Below are positions 39,369 to 49,875 of a stretch of 64,000 nucleotides of DNA, one piece after another. The position numbers and the translations under genes were made by a program. The notes beneath the pieces were generated by a model that did no database searches, was not told the DNA's origin, and was given only the letters and a program-made list of their open reading frames with translations. Positions within the stretch are counted from its first letter, which is position 1, and every line of letters starts with the position of its first letter. Origin of the DNA: Azolla caroliniana (taxonomy: Eukaryota; Plantae; Polypodiophyta); the NCBI GenBank assembly GCA_043228905.1, contig JBHGNT010000001.1, forward strand, positions 5,704,001-5,768,000, given 5' to 3'.

Positions 39369-42342
39369 TAGGAGAGATCGGTGGCGGCAGGTGAACGTGA
39401 CGGATGACGAAAGACAGCGAAAGGGCGGTCTACGGAGATCCTCACACCGATCCGGCGGTTGGCCCGAGTGCCGGCATGAGTCCTATAGGAGAGAACGGTG
39501 GCGGCAGGTGAACGTGACCAGCAGAAGAGGCTGACACGGAGGTTGGGACTACGACGAGAGGAGATGCCAAGGGGTAAGTCCCACGAAGATCCTCACACCG
39601 ATCCGGCGGTCGGCCCGAGTGCCGGTGGGAGTCCTATAGGAGAGATCAGTGGCAGCAGGTGAATGTGACGGATGGCGAAAAACGGCAAGTGGTGTTGCCG
39701 CGACCTTACACACACCGGTTGTAGACACTCCGACAGATGGCAACGAGAGCTTGTGTGAGACCTAGAGGGAAGAACGGTGGCGGTGGCAAGGCGGGCAACC
39801 GAGACGGCAAAGGGGGAGGTCCCACGGAGATCCTCACACCGATCTGGCGGTCGGCCCAAGAGCCGGCATGAGTCCTATAGGAAAGGACGGTGGCAGCAGG
39901 AGAACGCGATCGAACGACGGAAAGTAGAGCGAAAGGAGGTATGAGGCCGGCGAGGCGGCCACGAACCGGATACTGACCCGACTGGCAGAGTTGGTGAGAC
40001 AAAGATCGGACGCGCTTGGTACACGAGTTGGAGACCCAACAAGACGGAGGCCCGAGAAGGATCCTTCAAACTTGCCCGAAGACCCCGGCTGTTCGGCTGA
40101 CGTGGCAACATGAGACTGAGGGTAATGGAAGGTGGCGGCAAGGGGACAAAGGCGGCAAAAGCAAAGGCATCAACCAGCCAAGGCGTTACGCGAACGAAGG
40201 AGGCCATGCGGGCCGGGACGTGGCAAGGGTGATCTTCCGGTAAGTTGCCGGGGACACCCTATTAGATAAGGATAGATCTAGGTAGATAGAAAGAAAGGAG
40301 AGAGAGAAAGAAGGGTGCCGATCCACCCGACCACCCCCGAGCGAAGGGATCGAGACGGACTCGAGCCTCGATTGGCGTCCCATACCACCGCCGTGGCGTC
40401 GAGTCGTACCTGGTGCTGGCGCGTTCACTACAAGAGTTGACCCACCACAAGACAGAGTCTCGACGTAGTCAACAAGATAATGAAATGAGGGTAGCTAGGC
40501 CTCTATTTATAGCGATACCCAAGGCCCCTAGCCATGTTCACACTTGGCCTAATGGGTTGTCTCAATCCAGAGGATTTAAAAGTAATCCTCCCCTTCTTTA
40601 CACTCACGTTTAACCCTCACACTTATCCACGTGTATAGAATACTATGGTAAATTCTCACCACGGGATATTTTATGGTCATGCCCGTAACATACTCCCCTT
40701 CTTTAAAACATTGCACTCTTACAATGGAAAGTTAGGGAAGTTAGTTCTGAGAGTATTTTCGTGTTCCCATGTGGCCTCTTTTATTGATTTATCCATCCAT
40801 TTTATTTTAAATTCTCGGATTTCTTTAGTACGTAATTTTTTTGTTTTAACATCGAGAATTCTTTCTGGTACATGTGTTTTAGAAGATAAATCTTCAGAAG
40901 TAACCAGAGTTTCAATTGTAATTGTATTGTCGCCAGAACCTAGAAGTTCTTTTAGATGACTCACATGAAAGACTGGATGAATTCCAACACCATTGGGAAG
41001 AGCGAGACGATAGGCTGATGACCCAATGCGTTTGAGGACTGTAAAAGGTCCACAAAATCGTGGGGCTAACTTAGCGCACTTACCCGTAGACAATGTCTTA
41101 GAATTGTGAGGTACACGTAAAAATACCTTCTGTCCAGGGTTGAATACACGAGGTTGCCTACGATGACCGGCATAAAAACGCGCTCTATCTTGAGTTGTTT
41201 TTATATTATCTCGTGCAATACGCAACATATCTTGCATATCCCGAAGAAAGTTTTGCGTACTTCGCAACTCATCATGATGTATATTAACATCAATCGGGGC
41301 TCGTGGCTGAAAACCATACATCAACATAAAAGGATTATATCCCGTCGACATATGCTTGGAGCTATTATTGCAAACTCCAAAATTGGGAGATAACGTTCCC
41401 ATTTTGTTGGTTTTGCACCAACATATGCTCGAAGCATGTCCTCAATAATTTGATTTACTCGTTCTATTTGTCCATCGGATTGAGGATGATCCGTGGAGCT
41501 CATGCTCAACGTAGTTTCTAACTTCTTGAAGACTTGCGTCCAGAAGTCACTAGTAAACTTTGGATCTCGATCACTCACGATATCCATCGGCAACCCATAA
41601 AAACAAAATAACTCGTCAACAAATTGGTAAGCCAATTCAGGAGCTGTTATCGTGGTTTTAGTAGCAATAAATCTTACCATTTTAGTTAGTCGATCAACCA
41701 CAACCCAGATGGCATCATGGACTTTTTGGGTGCGAGGAAGGCTAACAATAAAATCCATGGATATACTTTCCCACTTATTATTGGGAATGTCCAAGGGATG
41801 TAAAAGTCCTGTGGCTTTACGTCGCTCGACTTTGTTAACCTGACATTGGTGACATTTAGTCACATAGCTATGTATGTCAAGACGCATCTTAGGCCAATAA
41901 AATTGAGTGGAGATGAGAACGAGTGTACGATGTATTCCAAGGTGCCCTGTTGAGGGTGCATCATGGCATTAAAAAAGAATCCTCTTTTTGACCTCAGGCA
42001 AATCTGGAACACAAACCTTCCCATTACGGTAGAGCAGACCATTAGCAATGTGGAAGTATTCCTTCGAGGATGTGGTGGTGTCTATTCCAGACTCAACTCT
42101 TGCCCAGTATTTTGCGAAATAACTGTCATCAGGATACTTTCCTCGAAGGTGATCATAAAGATCTGATGTTATTTCAGTGAAGCTAAGCATGTTAACTTCA
42201 TGGATGCGACTTTGTGCATCAACGACAGTATTCATGGAACCTTTACGATATCGTATGGAAAAATCAAAGTCCTGGATGAGATCTGCCCATCGTGCCTTAC
42301 GACCTTTCAGGTCTTGTTGGCCACAAAAATATTTCAAGGACT

Positions 42343-42612
42343 TGACAGGAACTACACGCTCCCTATGCGCAATGCTCGGCCACAACCGAGCTTAGAATCA
42401 TAAACAAAAACAGGAATGAATGCACGACACAAAGGAGAGAAGAGTACACAGGATGTTTACGTGGAAAAACCCAAACTAGGGAAAAAACCACGGCAGCCCA
42501 CAGGCTGCAAACTATCACTATGTTACAGTGTACAACAGTAAAGCACCGAGGTACCAACCTCGAGCTTTCTATCTTCGCTACAGGCGGCGGTTACAACAGA
42601 GGCTACGACCTC

Positions 42613-42666
<54 letters not shown>

Positions 42667-43082
42667 CACAGTTACGCGCTCTAATCTTGCGCAAACAAGA
42701 ATAACAACAACTAAAAGATTGCCCTAAGTCATATTTATACTAATATGAATTTTCGGCTATTTACAAATATAGCCACGATGGACTCTCAGAAACATATTTA
42801 CGAATATGTCTCTTCATCCGGTGAGCACTCCTCACCGGGTCTGCACCATCCGGCTCTCCGTAGCCGGGTACTCCTCATCCGGTTCTTACCGGGCCTGCAC
42901 CATCCGGCTCTTCGCAGCCGGGTACTCCTCATCCGGTTCTCACCGGGTCTGCACCATCCGGCTCTCCGTAGCCGGGCACTCCTCATCCGGTTCTCACCGG
43001 GTCTACACCATCCGTCTCTCCGAAGCCGGGTACTCCTCATCCGGTTTCTCCCTTCCCATCCGGAGGGACCTGTCTCCCAACA
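42343..43082 (-). mobile_element. Solo LTR (family M, copy 2) inserted in the RNase H region of K
   Basis: TG...CA termini; perfect TSD GGACT; four 54-bp repeats. Confidence 0.92.
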
Positions 43083-43854
43083 GGACTCGTGGTCTGTAGT
43101 TACCACAAAGCGATTTCCATAAAGATAATGGTGCCATGTTTTAAGCGCATGTATAACTGCAAATAATTCCTTTTCTTGAACGGTATAAGACAACACCTAT
43201 AGCATAATCAAGTTTCTTACTCTCGAATGTTATTGGTTTACCATCTTGATATAAGACAACACCTATAGCATAATCGCTTGCATCGGTTTCAACCTCAAAA
43301 GGTTTTGAAGGATCGGGTAAAAGAAGTGAAGGAGCCTTGCATACCAGGTCCTTGAGTTCCTTAAAAGCGAGGTCTAGTGTAGCATTCCACACAATAGGTT
43401 TTGTAGACTTACGCGTTTGACCTTTTAGAAGATCAGTAAACGACGTCGTCAATTGGGAGTAATTACGAAGGGATTTTCGCAAAAACCCGATAAAACCAAG
43501 GAATGATCGAACTTCTCGAATGTTCCGAAGAGTGGGCCAAAGCTTGATTTTCTCGACGCGAGAAGGATCAATTTCAACTCCTCGTTCGGTTATGAGATGT
43601 CCAAGATAAGTAATTGATTTCTTGAAGAACTCACATTTTGAGATCTTTGCATAAAACTGTTTGTCACGCAATGTTTGTAAAACTAAGAGGACATGTTTAG
43701 CATGTTCTTGTAATGTACGACTATAAACTAAAATATCATCCAAGAAAATAATGACAAATTTGCCAAGTTGTTCGAGATCTTTGCGTAAAACTGTTTGTCA
43801 TGCAATGTTTGTAAAACTAAGCGGACATGTTTAGCATGTTCTTGTAATGTACGG

Positions 43855-44579
43855 TGTCGCGTTGTTACGCGCGTGCGTGTAGAAGGGGCGGGACCACCGG
43901 GGTCTCGGACTAGGGAGTAGAGGAGAAAGAATAGGACATGATATGGAGGCTTAGCTCAAGAGGAGAAGAGGAAAGAATAAGAGCACGACATAGAAGGAGA
44001 GATCGGCGGAGGCAAGATGTTCAACAAGTTATATTAAAACGTAGTGAATGATTACAAAATGGTGGCCGCATAGGCCGCACCAAACGACTACTCGAAACCC
44101 TAACCGACGAAGATGAAGATGAAGATAAAGAAACCCTAATCCTAACCCTAACGCTCGACCTATGTGGTATACCTCGCACACTCAAAATAGGCAACCCCCA
44201 CAATGGTGCCTTCCCTCTCCTTTTATAGCACAAGGAGAGAAGACCGTTTACAAAAGTGAGACTAAAATATCCCCTTTTATTCAAAGGGGATATTTGCCTT
44301 GATTTGGGGGAGGGTGAGATTGATGGCCCCCTTAACTCCCACCTCCTCACAAACAACTAGGTACCCATGTACCTCATAGTACCTCTCTCTCTCTCTCGCG
44401 TGGATGTGCGCACAAGACCACATCACCTTTATACCTTAGGGGTCTTATGGGCATTTCTAGCACCATACACTTTACCCTTATTACTATTACAAATACATTA
44501 TGTACGTGTGCAACGTTGCACATCGCTCTTTGGCTCTCGTTGCTCGGGTTTCCGCTTGTGGACAAAAATCTTCACGACA
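43855..44579 (-). mobile_element. Solo LTR of the tRNA-Trp-primed gypsy family (element N), inserted in the RT of K
   Basis: Family termini TGTCGTGAAGA...AACGCGACA on the minus strand; perfect 4-bp TSD ACGG at 43851-43854 and 44580-44583. Confidence 0.9.
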
Positions 44580-45169
44580 ACGGCTATAAAGTAAAATATC
44601 ATCCAAGAAAATAATGACAAATTTGCCAAGTTGTTCTTGGAAAATGTCATTCATTTCTTGTTGAAATGTAGCCAGAGCATTGGTCAAACCAAAAGGCATA
44701 ACCAAAAACTCATAATGGCCATATCGCGTACGAAATGCCGTTTTAGGAACATCGTCCTCACTTATACGAATTTGATGGTAGCCAGTACGGAGATCAAGTT
44801 TCGTAAAATACCGAGCTCCCTGGAGACGGTCAATTAGATTCTCAGCCCGGGGCAATGGATACGAATTCTTGATTGTCACTTTATTCAAGCGTTGGTAATT
44901 AATATACATACGCCATGTGCCCTCTTTCTTTTTAACCAAGAGAACTGGTGCACCCCATGGAGATTTACTATAAAGTATATAACCCATTCGTAAATAGTCC
45001 TTGAGTTGCTTAGATACCTCATCCTCTTCGGATCAACTTAAGCGATAAGGAGGTATACTTATTGGTGCAACGCCAGGTACAATATCTATACGATGGTCTA
45101 TATTTCGTTTAGGAGGTAAGTCATCTGGTAGTTCACTCGGAAAAACATCACAAAAATCATTTAAGATTT

Positions 45170-46026
45170 ACGAGATTGAAAAATTTCCTATTACTAGGTT
45201 ATGCTCTTGGAAACGGGTGTTCGGCCCATAAAACTATTGGCACTCCAAAGAGTATATAAATACATTACAAAAGTCAAGAATATGCCGAATCATCGATTAC
45301 CACATCTTGCTTGGAATGTTGGATGTAAGCTACAAAAGAATCATAAAAGTAAGATTCTCTCATCTGGTTGGGTTGTTGACATAAGGAAATGGTTTAGAAG
45401 ATGGGGTGTTGATGATCCTTTAGAGCTTTCGGGCAATGCTATGAAGTATGTAATGATTGAGGAAAGGTTGGTGGAATCATTAAGGATGAAGTGGGAGGAT
45501 GCTAAGAGGACAAAGCTAGAATACTACATTGCAAACGTCAACCCTGAATGTTGGTATCAATATAAAGCAAGAATGTTAATTGATTGTATCCAACCTTATC
45601 TCATTACCAATATGAGTAGTAATGCTCGTAGAGCCCTTACACTACTTCGCACTTGATCTCACAAGTTAGGTATTGAAGTTGCATCATGGCATCAAAATGT
45701 AACGAATTTGAAGACATGTAAAGTATGCAATGAAGGCATGGTAGAGGATGAATGTCACTCGCTCTTCACATGCTCGACATATAGTGCAATTGTTCAAGAT
45801 ATGCTGACATACTAAGAGGGAGTGATAACTTAAGTGTCATACTTAAGACACCACCTAGAAGGTTGAGCTCATATGTGTATGCTTTACTAACACATAGAGA
45901 CTTTGTGCTTCAACGTATGAATACCCCTCCTTAGGAAGGACACATATATCAAGAACACATGTATACTCTGGTGCCATAGGTCAAAATTGGCCTCTTTATG
46001 GACGATAAAAATTCTAATTCTAATTC
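45170..46026 (+). mobile_element. 3' fragment of a non-LTR retrotransposon (LINE)
   Basis: Post-RT region LLETG..MPNHRLP..W, then LRT*SHKLGIE..W..CKVC..VEDECH..FTC (CCHC finger), ending in an (AATTCT)n tail at 46010-46026. Confidence 0.75.
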
Positions 46027-46196
46027 CCTACCTCCCTCTCTCTCTCACGTCTGTGTAGTTCTTCATCTCTCTCTCTCCCTCTCCCTCTTGCCCACTCTCT
46101 CTCTCACGTTTGTGCGGTCTCTCTCTCTCTCTCACGTTTGTGTGGTCTCTCTCTCTCTCCCTCCCTCCCTCTCTCCCTCTCCCTCCCTCCCTCCCT

Positions 46197-46268
<72 letters not shown>

Positions 46269-46462
46269 GACGACAAGCTCTCTCCCTCCCCCCCCTCTCT
46301 CTCTCTCAAGTTTTTAAACGGCTTAACCAGTTTGAGCCAGTTTGGCAAGGCTCAAGCCAAACCAAACCGAGCTCAAACCGTTTAGTCAAGCTCAAACTTG
46401 AGCCGAGCCACTAAGTCGTTTAAAACCGGTTTAGGCTTGAGCCGAGCTGTTGCCAATCCCTA

Positions 46463-46595
46463 GTTGTCTCAATCCCGAGGTTAAAAGTAATCCTCCCCTT
46501 CTTTACACTCTCGTTTAACCCTCACACTTATCCACGTGTATAGAATACTATGGTAAATTCTCACCACGGGATATTATATGGTCATGCCCGTAACA
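46463..46595 (-). mobile_element. Chromovirus-family solo LTR (element A), right part
   Basis: Near-identical to 40556-40689 and ends CATGCCCGTAACA; no PPT or pol adjacent. Confidence 0.85.
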
Positions 46596-49500
46596 TAATG
46601 ACTACGAGGGTTATTGACATGAGATCATGATATCGATTAATGTTGGCCCATGATATGTTTACATCACAACATGATGTTATGACTATTTGTCTGACCTTAT
46701 CCTATTTCTTTGCCAAAAATTATCATTCAATGGCTCATAATAACGACCCGGTGTCTTCCGCCCAAGCGGAAGGAACTCAAGGAAATCCTCCTGGGCCAAT
46801 CTCCATTGAGTCGTATTTCTTACAAATACAAAATTTCCTTAGTTCAACTGCTCATCAGATGTCCGAACTTCGGCAATCTCATAGTGCTCTCAAGGCACAT
46901 GTCATTAGTTTACAACTTGACACTAATAGACCCGATGAGAGTAAGGGTGAACCATCATTTGTCCAAAATCCTTTGAAGAGGCCGTTGAAATGGTTCTTCG
47001 CTATCAACGCACTTTGAAGAAGGACCATAACAAACCCAACGAAACGCCCAGAACTAAGCAGTCGCAATTCGCTGGGAAATGCAAGACACCCAACGAATTC
47101 ATGGATCGCGATTGTAAGCGACATCCTCCTTTTTGCGTATTCTACAAAAAGAAGGGTCATACAAAAGAGCAATGTTGAAAGCTCCAACGGAAAGAGCATG
47201 ATAACAAAACAAAAGCTGCAGACCATAAACGTCAGATTCCTAATGTCCTTCAGGTCTATACACATCATTTAAGTAATTGTCAATGTTCTTTCCCTCACTA
47301 TGTATTGGGACCCAATGATTTCCTACGTGCAAAGGGTATATCAATGGATCCCCCGTACAATTTTTGTTTGATTAGGGAAGCTCACACAACTTTGTGAATG
47401 ATCGTTTGGTTCAGATATGGGGAATCCAACCCATCGTAAGTGATCACACATATAAGGTGCACTTGGCTGATGGAAGAGTACAATACATCAACGGGGTTGA
47501 TGAATCTTTGTACCACTAATGTAATACTGGGTTATCCCTGGTTTTTTAGTGAAAACTCTTCTTTATCTATTGATTAGGTTCATCATTCAATTACTTTTGT
47601 ACTGAACGATTGTACTCATTTTATTCAATGTGATAAAAAACAATCTCTTTCGATTATTTCCTCTCCATCAATATCCGAGTTGTCTTGTTCTACTTTATTT
47701 TATTGTGTATTTGATCCGGACATTGACGTTTACAATATCGATAATGTCTAGGTTCAATTATCATATTTCGAACAACAACACCTTGATGAAATCTTAAATG
47801 ATTTTCGTGATGTTTTTCCGAGTGAACTACCACATGGGTTACCTCCTAAATGTAATATAGACCATCGTATAGATATTGTACATGGCGTTGCACCAATAAG
47901 TATACCTCCTTATCGCTTAAGTCGATCCAAAGAGGATAAGGTATCTAAGCAACTCAAGAACATTTACGAATGGGTTATATACGTCATAGTAAATCTCCAT
48001 GGGGTGCACTTGTTCTCTTGGTAAAAAAGAAAGAGGGCACATGGCATATGTGTATTAATTACCGACGCCTGAACAAAGTGACGATCAAGAATTCATATCC
48101 ATTGCCTCGTGCTGACGATCTAATTGACCGTCTCTAGGGAGCTCGGTATTTTACGAAACTTGATCTCCATACGGGCTACCATTAAATTCGTATAAGTGAG
48201 GACGATGTTCCTAAAACGGCATTTCGTACGTGTTATGGCCATTATGAGTTTTTGGTTATGCATTTGGTTTGACCAATGCTCCGGCCACATTTCAACAAGA
48301 AATGTTTGACATTTTCCAAGAACAACTTGGAAATTTTTTCGTTATTTTCTTGGATGATATTGTAGTTTATAGTCATACATTAGAAGAAGATGCTAAACAT
48401 GTCCGCTTTGTTTTACAAACATTGTGTGATAAACAATTCTACGCGAAGATCTCAAAATGTGAGTTCTTCAAGAAATCAATTACTTATCTTGGACATCTCA
48501 TAACCGAATGGGGAGTTGAAATTGATCCTTCTTGCATCGAGAAAATCAAACTTTGGCCCACTCTTCGAAATATTCGAGAAGTTCGATCATTCCTTGGTTT
48601 TGTCGGGTTTTTGCGAAAATCGCTTCGTAATTACTCCAAATTGACGACGTCGTTTACTGATCTTCTAAAAGATCAAACACGTAAGTCTACAAAACCTATT
48701 GTTTGGAATTCTACACTAAACCTCGCCTTTAAGGAACTCAAGGACTTGGTGTGTAAGGCTCCTTCGCTTCTTTTACCCGATCCTTCAAAACATTTTGAGG
48801 TTGAAACTGATGCAAGCGATTATGCTATAGGTGTTGTCTTATATCAAGATGGTAAACCAATAACATTTGAGAGTAAGAAACTTGATTATGCTCAATGTTG
48901 GTATACCGTTCAAGAAAAGGAATTATTTGCAGTTATACATGCGCTCAAAACATGACGCCATTATCTTTATGGAAATCGTTTCGTGGTAACTACGGTGTTG
49001 CGTTGTTATGTGCGTGCGTGTAGAAAGGGCGAGACCACGGGGGTCTTGGACTAGGGAGTGGAGGAGAAAGAATAGGACATGATATGGAGGCTTAGCTCAA
49101 GAGGAGAAGAGGAAAGAATAAGACCACGACATAGAAGGAGAGATCGACGGAGGCAAGATGTTCAACAAGTTATGTTAAAACAACGAATGGTTACAACAAT
49201 GATGGCTGCCCTGGCCGCACCCAAAAATGACTATCTCAAAAACCCTCAAGGAAAACCCCAGAAGAAAGACTAACCGAAACCCTAACCCTAAAACGAAATG
49301 GGAAGAAGGAGAACCCTAGACTAAGTGGTATACCTTACTCACACAAAATAGGCAACCCTTCATAAGTGACCCATCCCTTCCTTTTATAGCCCAAGGAGGG
49401 AGGGACCTTACAATGTGGGATAAAATTTCCCCTCTCTTTCTATACACCATATCCTAGTTTACATGTGCACATGTAGCACACCAACGACTTGGCCTTCCCA

Positions 49501-49875
49501 CCCCGGTTTCCGCCTATGGACGAAAATCTTCACGACATCCACCCCCACCAAACTGCACATCCACCGGTATGTGCCAAGAAAGGAAAAGGGTGAGAGATTT
49601 CTGCGATGGTGATCGACCGGGTCTTTCGCCTTACCGGCACCCAACCTTCTCGCCGGTCCCTTGCCAACGCCAATCCGTCTTGCCGGCTCCTTACCGGCCC
49701 CGACCCGCCGGCTCCATCCGATCCACCACGTCCAGCGTGTGTCCCCGAACCGGCGGCTCCATCCGATCCGCCATATCCGACGTTCACGCCTTCTTCTTCG
49801 ACCGGCCCTCCCGAACGCCATTGCCGATCCGGTCACTCTTACTTTGTCCGCCACGTAGGTCCTCCGATTAGGCCC

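Larger units (their letters stand above)
16320..40250 (+). mobile_element. Non-autonomous tRNA-Trp-primed Ty3/gypsy derivative (element B): 5' LTR 16320-17056, decayed gag ~17094-17800, repeat-rich interior to 19589 resuming at 39369; 3' LTR missing
   Basis: TGTCATGAAGA...AACGCGACA LTR, PBS at 17061, Gag-like VERVSRFNGDNVPFYLEEYNAEM...WEAFEEALLQAYG, no pol motifs. The same internal tandem repeat is present on both sides of the copia insertions. Confidence 0.75.
40262..45169 (-). mobile_element. 5'-truncated chromoviral Ty3/gypsy element K: RT-RNase H-integrase-chromodomain remnants, 3' LTR ~40262-40689
   Basis: [52 protein letters not shown], chromodomain PERILD..EFKIKW..EATWE; PPT GAAGGGGAGTA next to TGTTACGGG. 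Left LTR edge is approximate. Confidence 0.9.
16192..46462. mobile_element. Non-autonomous hAT-type DNA transposon; own sequence ~16192-16319 and ~46027-46462, with ~30 kb of nested insertions inside
   Basis: TIRs TAGGGATCGGCAAC / GTTGCCAATCCCTA; 8-bp TSD GTTGTCTT (16184-16191) / GTTGTCTC (46463-46470); subterminal AAACCG/AACC repeats at both ends; the host LTR rejoins across it. Confidence 0.85.

Noticed and set aside
45998-46414. ORFs with SL/ER runs (also 9532-9886)
   Set aside because: Translation artefacts of CT/GA microsatellites.
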